Assembly (NCBI RefSeq): GCF_044704955.1
Contig: NW_027250725.1
Span: 1-64,000, forward strand
Source: Pristiophorus japonicus
Lineage: Eukaryota
DNA: 64,000 nt
Direction: 5' to 3'
Numbering within the stretch: position 1 is the first letter of the stretch; the number at the start of each line of letters is the position of its first letter. The notes below the pieces were generated by a model. It did no database searches, had not been told where the DNA came from, and worked only from the letters and a program-made list of their open reading frames with translations. Made by a program: the position numbers and the translations under genes. Below, one piece after another: positions 1 through 12,101 of this stretch.

Positions 1-200
1 CACTCAGAGGGTGGTGAATCTCTGGAATTCTCTGCCCCAGAGGGCTGAGGATGCTCAGTGTTTGAGTATATTCAAGACGGATATCAATAGATTTTCGGAT
101 ATTAAGGGAATCAAGGGATATGGGGACAGTGCAGGAAAGTGGAGTTGAGGTAGAAGATTAGCCATGATCTCATTGAATGGCGGAGCAGGCTCGAGGGGCC
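1..200 (+). mobile_element. CR1-type LINE 3' end (end of ORF2 plus 3'UTR)
   Basis: Typical shark CR1 tail (..QRVVNLWNSLPQRA..; gccatgatctcattgaatggcggagcaggctcgagggg); inverted homolog at about 52870-53080. Confidence 0.8.
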
Positions 201-270
201 GATGGCGGGGGGGCGGGGGGAGATGGGAGCCTAGTCCTGGGGGGAGGGGAGAATGGCTCGTGGGGGGTCG

Positions 271-665
271 ATTTTTAAAATTCTCATCCTTGTTTTCAAA
301 TCCATCCATGACCTCGCCCCTCCCTTTCCCTGTAATCTCCTCCAGCCCCACAACCCCCCGAGATGATTGCACTCCTCTAATTCTGCCCTCCTGAGCATCC
401 CGGATTATGATCACTCAAACATTGGTGGCCGTGCCTTCTGTTGCCAAGACCCCAAGCTCTGGAACTCCCTCCCTAAACCTCTCCGCCTCTCTACCTCTCT
501 TTCCTCCTTCAAGACGCTCCTTAAAACATACCTCCTTGGTCACCTACACTAATTTCTTCTTATGTGACTCGGTGTCAAATTTTGTATCTCATAATACTCC
601 TGGGAAGTGCCTTGGGACGTTTCACTATGTTAAAGGCGCTATATAAATACAAGTTGTTGTTGTTG
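271..665 (+). mobile_element. L2-type LINE 3' fragment
   Basis: Encodes GGRAF..PKLWNSLPKPLRLSTSLSSFKTLLKTYL and ends aggcgctatataaatacaag(ttg)n; inverted homolog at about 52215-52605. Confidence 0.7.
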
Positions 666-732
666 AATTGAGGCAAAATCTGGTATTCTGGATGTCACCG
701 CTCCTTTTAACGCCCTCTCCAAAGTACGCACA

Positions 733-1385
733 GCAAATGTAACGCCCCTATTTAAAAAAGGAGGCAGGCAGAAAGCAGGAAACTATAGACCAGTTAGCCT
801 AACATCTGTCATTGGGAAAATGTTGGAGTCCATTATTAAGGAAGCAGTAGCAGGATATTTGGAAAAGCATAGTTCAATCAAGCAGAGTCAGCATGGTTTT
901 ATGAAAGGGAAATCATGTTTGACAAATTTGCTGGAATTCTTGAGGATGTAACAAGCAGGGTGGATAAAGGGGAACCAGTGGATGTAGTGTATTTGGATTT
1001 CCAGAAGGTATTCGATAAGGTGCAGCCCCCTTAAAAGATAAAAGGCACAAGATAAAAGTTCAAGCGGTTGGGGGTAATATATTAGCATGGATAGAGGATT
1101 GGCTAACTCACAGAAAACAGAGACTCAGGATAAATGGGTCATTTTCCGGTTGGCCAACAGTAACTAGTAGGTTGCCGCAGGATCGGTGCTGGGTCCTCAA
1201 TTATTTACAATCTACATTAATGACGTAGATGAAGGGATCGAGTGCAATGTAGCCAAGTTTGCTGACGATACATAGATGGGTGGGAAAGCAAGTTGTGAGG
1301 AGGGCACAAAAAATCTGCAAATGTATATAGACAGACAAAGTGAGTGGGAAAAAAGTTGGCAGATGGAGTATAATGTTGGAAAGTG
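733..1385 (+). mobile_element. CR1 LINE RT fragment (degenerate)
   Basis: NYRPVSLTS, QHGFMKGKSCLTNL and FADD motifs with frameshifts. Confidence 0.85.
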
Positions 1386-1401
1386 GCACACACACATCTA
1401 C

Positions 1402-1557
1402 NNNNNNNNNNNNNNNNNNNNNNNNNNNNNNNNNNNNNNNNNNNNNNNNNNNNNNNNNNNNNNNNNNNNNNNNNNNNNNNNNNNNNNNNNNNNNNNNNNN
1501 NNNNNNNNNNNNNNNNNNNNNNNNNNNNNNNNNNNNNNNNNNNNNNNNNNNNNNNNN
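1402..1557. other. Assembly gap, probably hiding the paralogous (CA)n-rich minisatellite
   Basis: Run of N. The left flank ends cacacacacatctac and the right flank matches 47596-47624 inverted, next to the 47624-50150 minisatellite. Confidence 0.75.
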
Positions 1558-2064
1558 AGCCACACTAATACTCAGGGACATGTACATGGTGATACACTGA
1601 CTGCTCCTCTCCCGAAGCTGAGGCCTCACTCGGTACAGTTTTGTGCTGCTGCCACGTGCCACACGTTAAGGAGAGAGAATGCAACGTTGTGACTGGGGCC
1701 ACCTGCTCCCAGATTGCCCCCAGCAGTCAGCACTGAGTGCACAGTGCGATCCCACCATCGGGGGCTGCCCCAACACCCCCAGTGTGCAGAGTGAGAACCA
1801 ATGCTCAGACTGGGAGGGTTTAATCCCAGCAGCTTTTAGAGTCTCTGTGTTTAATCTTGTGCACTCCAGGGGTTCGAGGTCAAATTGATCGTTTTAAAAT
1901 GATTGATAATTGGCTTTGATTCAAATCTCCTGCTGACGTGCCATTGATTGACAGCCCACCCAGCCAATCAGGACAGACACTTACTGAAATGCAGCCAATC
2001 CAGCTGAGGGGGAGGTGGGACATTTCCAAAACACTTGCCAGACACAGACTGAATATTCTTAACG

Positions 2065-2070
2065 TTTATT
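2065..2070 (-). promoter_or_regulatory. Candidate polyadenylation signal of the minus-strand IgL C
   Basis: AATAAA on the - strand; the only AATAAA 3' of C conserved in both duplicate arms (paralog 47111-47116). Confidence 0.5.
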
Positions 2071-2360
2071 GTCTTTTACAGATTCACATTTACAGAAACA
2101 AAACTTGAATAAACAGCCCAGCGAGAGCGAGCTGGAGACATTCACAGGGAGAATGCAGCTTTTTTAAAACAGTTGTGGGGATTTTCTCCACACGATGAGA
2201 ATCCTGTCCCTTTAAACGGGGACAAAACCTTGAATTGTAACAGCAGGGTGAGCAGGGAGGAGGTCTGCTTACTGAAGCGGCACTTCGCAGCTTAACATTA
2301 GTTTTACTCTGTTGACAGTCCTCAGCACCTTCGAGAGGTTTTACTTGGCAGCACGAGTCA

Positions 2361-2504
2361 ACACTGTCCCATCAAACCCTCCCAGGGCAGGTACAGCATG
2401 GGTTAGATACAGAGTAAAGCTCCCTCTACACTGTCCCATCAAACACTCCCAGGGCAGGTACAGCACGGGTTAGATACAGAGTAAAGCTCCCTCGACACTG
2501 CCCC
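2361..2504. repeat. 67-bp tandem repeat (about 2.1 copies) in the C 3'UTR
   Basis: Unit acactgtcccatcaaacactcccagggcaggtacagcacgggttagatacagagtaaagctccctct starts at 2361, 2428 and 2495; paralog about 46677-46820. Confidence 0.85.
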
Positions 2505-2662
2505 AATAACGTGCTTTACCCCCTGACCCTCAGATGCTTTCCCTGACCCAGTACCGAGAAGGAAGAGAGTAGAAATGCAGTGCTGACAATGACCTTTGCC
2601 CTCCCGGCTCACCCCCTGTTCTATTTAAAGTTGTGTCTCCCCCGCGGACTGTCCCTGACACA

Positions 2663-2991
2663 CTACGCACATTCTGCTCTCCTGACTCCCTTGCTGAGGG
2701 GAGAGGAGAGACTCTCGTGGGTGAGGCTGCAGGAGAAGCTGGCGTTGGACTCCCAGTCGGAGCCAGAGAGGGTCAGCAGGCTGCTGACACTGTAGGTGTT
2801 GTCCGAAGCTCGCAGGTAGTCGCTGGTCTGGACCCCGGCCGAAATGGTCGCCCCGTCCTTCTTCCACTCCACCTCCACCGCATCGGGGTAGAAGTGATCG
2901 GCGAGGCACACCAGGGTGGCAGTGCCCTTGGTCGTGACCTCCTCCGGGGAGGGGGGCAGCAGGGTCAGCGTGGGTGGTGTCTTCCCTCAGC
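2663..2991 (-). pseudogene. IGKC: Orphan Ig kappa-type (type III/NS4-like) light-chain constant exon with a premature stop
   Basis: Acceptor ctttcag, then GC TGA GGG AAG..; TGA at 2989-2987 is in frame (CGA in the paralog). The rest encodes PTLTLLPPSPEEV..ATLVCLADHFYP..W..YSVSSLLTL..FSCSLTH..RAECA*. No V or J was found on this arm. Confidence 0.9.
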
Positions 2992-3231
2992 CTGAAAGGG
3001 AGGAGAAGGATGTTTAATAGGTGTATATTAGTCTGTGTGTGTGTCTGTGTGTGTGTGTGTGTGTGTCACTGTGGGGATAATTCACATCTGATAACGGAGA
3101 GCTGGGTTAATGAACTCCTGTCTGGTGATTAACCATTAGAGGTGAGCAACACTAATTCTTAATCTTCTTCGCTTGGCTTGACAAGTTTAGTCTAAATATA
3201 AATGCGTTTGATGTTAAGGGTGACAAATCAA

Positions 3232-3645
3232 AACACTTTACACACAATGAAGTACTTTGGGAGTGTAGTCACTGTTGTAATGTTGGAAACACGGCAGCCA
3301 AAATGTGCACAGCAAGCTCCCACAAACAGCGATGTGATGACGACTTGATAATCTGTTCTTTTGTCATGTTGGTTGAAGGATAAATATTGACCAGGAGACT
3401 GGGGAGAACTCCCCTGCTCTTCTTCAAAATAGTGGCATGGGATCTTTTACATCCACCTGAGAGGGCAGACGGGGACTCAGTTTAATGTCTCATCTGAAAG
3501 ACGGCACCTCCGACAATGCAGTGCTCCCTCAGCATTGCACTGGAGTGTCAGCCTAGATTTTTATGCCCAAGTTGCTGGACTGGGAATTAACCCCACAACC
3601 TTCTGACTCAGAGGCGAGAGTGCAACGCACTGAGCCACGGCTGAT
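3232..3645 (-). mobile_element. tRNA-derived SINE with L2-type tail (HE1-like)
   Basis: Head (cagccgtggctcag..ggttgtgggg) plus core cagtgcaatgctgagggagcactgcattgtcggagg; paralog 45471-45955. Confidence 0.75.
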
Positions 3646-3998
3646 ACTGAAAATCATATTGGACTGTTGTATAAACATCTGCAGTGCAGGGTTGCCGCAC
3701 ATTCAGCACTGAAATGGTTAACAGTAAGAGTTCGTAAAGACTGAGTGTCCCGTTAAGACGCTGTTCACTGGCAGGAAGCTCGAACTGTAGATGGGTGGAT
3801 ACAGGGGAAACAGGCTCAGCAGTGAGAAAGCTCAGATCACACACAGATCGGGAGAACTTTATCAGGGAACATTGCGGCACACTTATATCAACATACTTCA
3901 GCAAGGCTTCATGTTGGGTGTCGGTGTAGAAGCTTCTAGATTGCATTTAAAAGCTTGCTGCCCAGCACCGGGGTGAGGTCAAGGGTGAGGCTACAATT

Positions 3999-5584
3999 TG
4001 TAAGGGGTGATTTGCAAAGGGTCAGCTTTCCCTTCTGACCTTATATGAGTGGTCCCGAATCGCTCCCACACCCTTGGTTCTAGACACTGGAATTATGAAG
4101 GGACTGTGACAGACTTGGACAGACAATCGGTTTCAAGGTAGGAAGCAGGTATGGCTTTATTGTGTTTAAAAAGAAGTAAAAGGCACACCTTTAATAACAC
4201 ACACACAGATCAATACACACTGAAGGGTACAACACATTGAATAAAATGTCAAATTACAGCCTGTGGGGAAAAGAATACCGCTTAAACTCTAAATGGGGTA
4301 AAGAGGAGAATGCAGATACATTTACACAAGTTATCCCAGCCTCCCCCCTCCCAATTCCCCTAACTAACTAAGTTATAGCTCTGAGGGTTCAGGGGCCATG
4401 CTCACCAATCCCTTTAGACAGTTGCCGGTGAATCGTGGTTTCGGGGTTTGCTGCACTTGGCCTCCTAGGTGAGCTGTACCCCGGACGGAGGAGAGGACTT
4501 CGGACTGCGTAGTCTTCAGTTGGGGTGCGTCCGTTGATGCGGTAATTTGCGTTTCGGATGTATGGGATAAGTAGCCACTTTCTTTGGTTTTAGTTAGTCC
4601 TTTTAGGTAATTTCTCACCCGTTGGCTGTTCAGAAGTAGATTGTAGAGTGGAGATAAATGTTGATTCTTCGGTTTTTGCCGAGTTGGTTTTGGTTGGTCG
4701 TTTTGCTGGTTGTGGTGGCCCGGGTTTGTCAATTTGGTTGCTGACAACCTTCCATTTCATGGGCCTCGTGCTCGGTCGGTCCTTGACGATTTCTTGTAGG
4801 TTGCTTCACGACTCCATTTCTTCACTCCGGCTGCTTGTGTCTGTCTGTGTTCATTTCGAGTCTGTGTCCTGTTCGAGTCTGTGTCCTGTTCGAGTCTGTG
4901 TCCTGTTCGAGTCTGTGTTCATTTCGAGTCTGTGTTCCTTTCGAGTCTGTGTTCTGCTAGTCCTGTGTTCTGCTACTTCTGTGTTCTGCTAGCTTTCCTT
5001 GTAAAACTGGGGGATAGATATATCCCAAAAAAAGGCTCCGTTATCTCCCATCAAATCTCTTGGGCTCTGTTTAAACTGTTCTGTCCATTGATTTTCAAAT
5101 ATCTCCTTTGTCAGCAGTAACTCGATTAGGGTGTGAGAATGTGCTATCACTGGTTTTGCATTGTTTTAGGATTGTCCAGTTTTTCTGACCATGATTTCCA
5201 TTGTGCTTGATTGGGTAATTCGATTATCTCTTAGAGGGTGAATAGCCTGGGGTCCTTAATACATGAATTTGCTTCAGACGTTGGCCCCACCTCCTGTATT
5301 TGGTAACTCTTTTTCGCAGCCAAAATATTGTAGAATCTTAAAATCGATATGCTCCTTCCCATAGATGTTTAGGGTATCTCAAGCTTCTGTAATTTAGGTC
5401 CATTTTGAATTCCCTTTCCTACGAGTCCAAACACTGGGGGGGGGTCTCCATGAATGCATCCCCTTTTAACCCCCGCAGGCTTCGTCTGCCCCTTTAAACT
5501 CATTTTAAAAGCCCAGAAAGGGATTCTTCTCCTCTGTAGGGGAAAGGTACCTGGAATCTTTGCGAGATATTGGTAAATTCTACA
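3999..5584 (-). repeat. 3' LTR (1586 bp)
   Basis: About 97% identical to 12102-13635; AATAAA (- strand) at 4156-4161; internal GAGTCTGTGTCCTGTTC-type repeats at about 4840-4990. Confidence 0.95.
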
Positions 5585-5592
5585 TTCCCCCT
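5585..5592 (-). promoter_or_regulatory. Polypurine tract
   Basis: AGGGGGAA immediately before the TG of the 3' LTR on the - strand. Confidence 0.8.
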
Positions 5593-6514
5593 GTGATACC
5601 ATATCACTTATGGTATCATCTTCGAGGTGAGCAAAGTTCCTGACTCCCAAGAGATAACCTTCTCCGTAAATTAGCTAAACTAATACCCAAAATGCATTAC
5701 ACTTATGTAACATCACCATAGATGCACACTTTTCCCTTTACAGGTACAAACTTTTTACATTTATACCCTCCCAGCTTGGAGGGGGTTCAATCACTACAAT
5801 TGTATTTCAGCACAGTTACATTTCATTTCAGTTACATTATATTCACCAGCATATAGGCAACGTACAACCACATTACAGAAGGGAAAAAAACATAGATTAA
5901 AATTAAACAACATCAATTGGTCTCCTGAGGTTTGTCCATTACCCGGTAATGTCTGGATCCTGCCCTTGAGAACTGCTCTCAGGCTGGCTGACACACAAGA
6001 CAAACTCAAAATAATCACCTCAACATTACTGCAACATTAACCTCAATTCTAAACGAAACCTTAAAATGTAAAATGGTGCAGTCAGCTGCCTTAAACTAAA
6101 ATTAGAGCTATGTACAACCTCCACCCGTCTCCGGGTGGCCTGGTTAGTCCCTGTCAGGCCCATGCCTTGTGCGGCCTGATAGCCGCCTGGATGCTAGGGT
6201 TTCCCCGCAGCTGGTGAGCTGAAGACCCTTGTCTCTGGGACAGCTCATTGCTACTGCTCCTGTGAGACCCTCACCGCTGGAGGCGGCTGGCTGGTGGTCC
6301 CTACTCTGAGCGGCCTCTGTACTTCTGACCTTCGGCCTTTCCTGTCGGGCTGCCCTTCTCCTAGGGTAGAATCGCTGAGGCTCAGATGCCAGTGACCACA
6401 GTATCTTTGGCCGTGGTGTACGGAGGGTCCTTCTCAGGGCTTGGGTTACTGGGGGTGCGTCCGAATCCCAAACGATGGGTGGGATAGCCCCTCCAGTACT
6501 GCAATTCACCGCCA

Positions 6515-9500
6515 CTATAGGCACGGTTTCTGAGCCTGCCACATTCCCTGTGGCCCTCCACCGTCGGGGGCGGCCAACGGAGGGTCCCTGTCCTGAGGAC
6601 GGTTCACCCCTCCCGGCTGCCCTCTGTGCTTGGCTGACCCTGGGTTGTACAGCTTGCACTGGTTGATGTGGAACCACTTAGTACGGTGGGGCAGCTTTAT
6701 GGCACAGACCATCGGGCTTGCCTTGTCCACAATGCTGTATGGCCCCATATATAATGCTTCAAAAACACTGACCTGAGCATAGTTCCTCACCATGACCTGG
6801 TCCCCTATCTCCCATTCGTGGTGTTTGCTAGGTTCTAGCAGCAATTGGTTCCCCTGATGCTGTCTGCCCATGTTACTAGCAGCCTGCCAGTGAATCTGTT
6901 TGAGGTGTTCAAACAGGTTCCTGACAAACCGGTCCCGGTTCACCTCTCTGAGCTGACCTTCTGTGAGCACCGGGGTTCGGATATGGGTGGGGTTCCGCAT
7001 GATCCGGCCAGTCATGAGCTCGTATGGGGAATATCCGATGCTCTTTGACTGGCTGGGCTCGGATCCCCATTAGGACCAACGGTAAGACCTCCACCCACTT
7101 TTGGGGTGAGTCTCTCGTTTCCTTCCGCAGCTTTTCTTTAATGGTGCAGTTTAAATGCTCCACAATACCGGATGACTGTGGATTGTGGGCAACGTGCCAT
7201 TTCCCCTCAATGCCGAGCACCTTAAGGGTTGCCTGCATTACCTGCCCGGTGAAATGGCTCCCCTGGTCCGACTCCACATACTGTGGGAGTCCCCACTGGG
7301 AGAACACTTCCCTCACTAGAATCTTAGCTGTCCCTCGTGCGGTGGCTGTTCGGCAGGGGAAGGCTTCAACCCATTTTGAGAACACGTCCATCAGGACTCG
7401 GAAGTATTAGTAGCCTCCCTGGGCGGTGAGTAGGGGCCCGATGTAGTCAATTTGGATTGACTGCCATGGTCCCTCTACCCTCCTGACGTGTCCTAGGGAC
7501 ACCTTCCTTTTCTGGGGGTCAGGGTTGTTCGTAGCACACACCAGGCAGTTCGCACAGAACTCGCGGACATCCTCCTTGAGTCCCGGCCACCATCCTGCCT
7601 GTTCCACCCGTTGCCAGGTGGTCTCAGGCCCGGGGTGTCCCGCTCCTGGACCCTCATGGGCCAGTTTTAGGAATTCCCTCTGGTGCTGCTGTGGCACGAC
7701 CCATTGTCCCTCTTTAAACAGCATGCCTTCCTTAACGGTAATGGCTGCTGTGCCGTACGGACCTTCTACTCTCTCTCCTCTAGCTAGCGCATTCAGGACA
7801 GCTTTCAGGACTGGGTCCTGTGCCTGAACTGTTTTTAAGTCCGGGGCCAAAGCTATACCTGTACTCACCGCTGCCCTGTTCTTATTCTTGACCGCTGCTA
7901 TGCGGCCGGTGTCATAGGGGTCCCAGAACTTTCCCGTGCGGGCACCTTCTTTGGCCAGTTTGTCAGCCTGTTGGTTTCCCTCTGCTAGGGGTTCAGTTTT
8001 TGAATGGGCCTTCACCTTATGTATGTAGACCTTTCTTTCTTCCCCCAAGATTTTCTCCAGCAGGGGCTTGATTGCCAGGGGTCTCCCATCAGCGGACATG
8101 TATCCGCGACGGGACCAGAGAGCCAGGTACTCCGTACATGAATTGCAGGTGAACATACTGTCCGAGCAAATCGTGTACGGAGTAGGGAATTCCTCGGGGT
8201 GGATCACCACGTACATTACGGCGGACAGTTCAGCGTGCTGGGCCCTCATGGTGCTGGGCAGCTTGATTGCCAGGGCAATATCTGCCCTTGGGTTATAGAC
8301 TCCGCACCCAGTGAGTCATTCGCCAACAGATACCGTGCTGGACCCGTCCACGTAGATGTCCCGGCCTGTAGGGTGTAACCCAGCCTGAAGGCCAATGCTC
8401 ACCTCCCATACCCCTTCTATGGAGCACCTGTGGGCTTTCCCAGGATAGATTAGGTTGGCTGCGAGCCTTGATCACGGGGGCCTTCTACTCTGAGGTCCAT
8501 CTGGGAGAGGAGCAGGGTCCAGCGAGCAATGCGGGCACTGCTCACCGTCCTGTCCTTAATCCTCCCATCTAGGAGCATCTGAGTCGGTGTGTGGTGGGTT
8601 AGGAGTGTTAGAGGAGACCCTTCCGTGAAGATGAAAGATCTTTTCACTGCCCAATGTGTGGCTCGGAGATGTCTCTCACAGTTGGAGTACCACTTCTCCA
8701 CATCTGTTGGGATACTGGAGGAGTAAACCACTAAGGCCAGTAAGGCCGTGCTGCTCTTGAAGCAGCACTGAGCTCAAATTGTCCCCGCTGGCTGCCACCT
8801 CCAGGAAAAACTCCTTTCCTACATCTATCGTACCTGCAAGTCCTTCTTGAGCTGATTAAATGCTGCCTCGCAACCCTCATCCCAGTCCCACTCTACACCC
8901 TTGTGTAGGAGCCTGAGCAGAGGGGCTGCAGTGGCTGCATAATCCTCAATGAAGTCTCTGTAGTACCCGGTGAGTCCTAGAAAGGATCTTACCCCTGTCA
9001 CTGTGTTGGGGGCTGGTAACTCCTGTACTGCCTCCCTTCTAGCCTTGTCTATGGCCCTTTCCCCAGCACGCACAGTCAGCCCCAGGAATTTGACTTCCTT
9101 CTGGCCGACCTGTGCCTTCTTGGGGTTTACTTTAAACCCTTCTTCTTTTAGCAGCTCCAGCAGCTCAGCCAGCAGTGGGCCATGCTCCTCCCCCTGATCG
9201 GTGAACAGGAGCAGGTCATCCACATACTGCACCAACTGCTGGGGTCTGCTGAAGCCCTTTAAACAGTTCGCCATGCATTGGTGAAAAATGCTGGGGCTGT
9301 TGTGGAAGCCTTGGGGAAGACAGTTCCACGTGTATTGTTGGCCCTTAAAGGTTTTAAAGGAATGGACCAGAACCCATTTGAAATGTCCAGCACCGTGAAA
9401 GTGGTCGCGGATGCTGGAATACTCCCTATGAGATCCGCTACGGCTGCTACAGTGGGTGCACAGGCAGTGATATTCTTATTTAGTATTCAATAGTCCACGG

Positions 9501-10267
9501 TGGCCCTCCATGAGTTGTTCGGTTTCTTAACCGGCCACAGTGGAGAGTTCACACGGGTGGCTATCGGTCTTAACACCCCTTGCTCTACCAGTGATCCCAG
9601 CGCCGTTGTCAGGTCTGCCTCTGCCTCCCTGGGGAAGTTATATTGCTTTTGTGGTCGGGTCATGGGGTCCCCTACTATACTAACTTCCAGCCCCTGTTAC
9701 CCTACCACAGTCATGTTTGTGGGTGGCGAATGCTGCAAGGTGTGCCCGTACATATGCCTGGTACTCCACTGGGGTGTTACTGACCAGTAATTCCAAGTCA
9801 TAACCGTCCTTTGGCTTCACGGTACACAATGTTCCCTTGGCCCCTTTTTCTGGGATCACCGCCACCTCACCTTCCCTGTCAGTCACTATGGCTCCCCATA
9901 GACAGTGGTTCCTGAGATCCACTAGGATCTGGTGGGCAATGATAAAATCAGCCCCCAGGATCCCTTTTCCCTTCTGCTCCCATTCCATCAGGACACACTT
10001 CCATTTGGTTTTGAGTGTCCCTAACTGAATGGTGAGCAGGATGGAAAACGAACCAGTTTGCTCATTGCCTGTGAACCCCACTAGACTGTACGGGACCCCG
10101 TTCGATAGAGGTGAGGTAGCTGGGTTATCTGCATATACAAGGGTGCTGGAAGCACCAGTATCTAGCAGGTAGGTCCCTTTCACTTTCTCCACCTCCATCG
10201 TAACGCAAGGTCTCTTCCAGGAATCATACTCTCGGGAACACAGGTACACAGGCTGAGCTGGCTCTAG
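6515..10267 (-). pseudogene. pol: pol (protease, RT, tether, RNase H, integrase with GPY/F), frameshifted
   Basis: PR LLDTGAS; RT LPQGFHNSP (about 9293-9319) and QYVDDLL; tether about 8450-8820; RNase H IYVDGSS..AQHAEL..SDS..HKVKAH..GNQQAD; IN HHCC, IQIDYIGP, SDQGSHF, SSGIVE, MGPY. Confidence 0.9.
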
Positions 10268-12100
10268 TCATGCATCTGGGTGGGTTGGAGCAGAGGGTTT
10301 TACCGTACCGGCTACTGCACCAGTTGCGATAGCTACTGCTCCCTGTCCGTTTATGAGTGTCTGTAGGGCGGCTACGAGTGTCTCATATGAGTCGGGTGTT
10401 CCTGCCCCGGCCTTACGGGCTGGGGCTGAAGTGGCCTTTCCCTTAGTCCCTTTCCATGGGTTCCTACAGTTCTTCCTCCAGTGCCCACTTTTCCCACACC
10501 CAACACACTCGCCTCCTTTATGGGGAGGGTTCCCACTTTCCTGATGCCACTCTCTCTTGCCTTAGCTGGGTTTAATCTCATGGACCCTCCCTTTAGAGGA
10601 GGGCTCCTCTGTCCCTCTACCGTTCCGGTAAGCCAGGGTCAACTGTCTGACCACTGTCTCCTCGGTGGTTCTGGGATCTCTTGGATCGAACCAGACCTCG
10701 ACTTTTGCCTTTACTCCAGGTAAGCTGTTTGCCACCAGGCTGCGGAGCCAGTGAGCCAGCTCGTTAGGGTTCAGGTGGGCCCGGTCAAGAACCCCACTAC
10801 AGGCCCTTTCGTAGACCGGCCACAACCTGTCGGCGAAAGCCTGTGGAGTCTCCCCATAGAGCTGCACTGTTTTCTCCACTCGGGAGAAAGGACTCCCGTC
10901 GTTCATACCCATGGCCTCTGGAACCTCCTCCTTAACTGTAGCGTACGTGTTTCGCCCCTTTCTGCTGTCTGCAGAGAGGGAATGGCACAGCTTGGTGTCT
11001 AGTGAGAAGAGCAACAGCTTAGCCTGCTCCGAATCATCGCACCCGTTAATATCCCCTGTGTGTTCCACTTCCAGGAAGTGTACCGAGGGATCCCCCTGTT
11101 GGGTGAGCTTACTTAGGTGGCCTATCATAGCCCTCAGTTTTTGGGTGTCGTGGGGGACTACGAAGTTGCATTCTAGGGGTCCTGCTGCCCCATTGGCATC
11201 AGGCGGGCCAAACTTCTGCTGCCGGACCGGGTCCATTGGCCCTGGTTTCGGCCCTTCTTGTATTGGCTTGCCCTCTTCCCCCTGCTGCCAAGCCGAATTA
11301 AAACTCGGGGCTGCCGGTGTTAGTAGTTCGTAATCCTTGCCTGCCCCGCACTCTGGCTGACACCCCTGCTGCCCGGGGCCATTCCTGGGAGCTACAGGTG
11401 GTGACTGAGGGGTTTCTCCTTGCCCAACCAGGTGTTCCTGGGCTAAACCCGGGTTTATCAGGCACACCATGCCTTTAGCCCAGGATAGAGCAAGGTTCAA
11501 GCTTTGGATCTGCTGCTGGCAGCGGCCGTGGTCTCCTGGCTCAAATTCCCTGGTACTGGCTACCTTATAGGCTACCTGAATGTGTCTCACCCTCTCCCCA
11601 TACTCTTTAACTTGCTTGGCGAGGCAGGAATTCTCTTCCCGCAACGCCCGTTTGCTATTCTTGGCTTCAATAATCTGACACCGTAAAAGGTCCAGTTGGG
11701 TTTTGTGCCTTTCTTTAGTGAGCTCTCTACTTTCCTTTAACTGTCCCACCTCTGTCCACAACCTTTCCCCGACTGTGGCCCTTGCGCTGGACCTCTCTTC
11801 TGCCTGTCTCAATACTCCCTTTAATTTCTCATTCTCCTCATCTCGAAGCCGGGTCTGTTGCTGAAGGCAAATTAGCCAAATGGCCTTCTCTATCGTCCTT
11901 TTATGGTCCTTGTTATCGGTCCATTGAGCTGCAGCATCTTCTGGATGCTCAGCATACAATAGATCGATTACCCACTCCTTAGCCACATTTACCCTCTTAA
12001 ACACATATGAGGAAATCTCCTCTTCCATTTTGCTTTGTTTCCTGAAACCAGTCTCTCTCTTATCACGTCCCTTGTACCAGTGTCCTATCTTGGTTGCCAT
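10268..12100 (-). pseudogene. gag: gag (610 codons, one premature TAA at 10564-10562)
   Basis: 512-aa ORF with coiled-coil-like N-terminus. The frame continues past TAA to a CX2CX4HX4C knuckle (CVGCGKSGHWRKNC) and ends at TGA 10270-10268. Confidence 0.85.
12082..12099 (-). promoter_or_regulatory. Primer-binding site (degenerate; tRNA-Ser(GCU)-like best guess)
   Basis: TGGCAACCAAGATAGGAC starts 2 nt after the 5' LTR and overlaps the first ATG of the gag ORF. Confidence 0.6.
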
Positions 12101-12101
12101 G

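Noticed and set aside
4373-4747. ORF within the LTR (also 12536-12850) as an accessory gene
   Set aside because: No recognisable motif, and the stop differs between the two LTRs; shared only because LTRs are duplicates.
5794-6677. env gene in the first LTR element
   Set aside because: Only about 0.9 kb is available, with no signal peptide, furin site or fusion peptide; at most a hydrophobic remnant.
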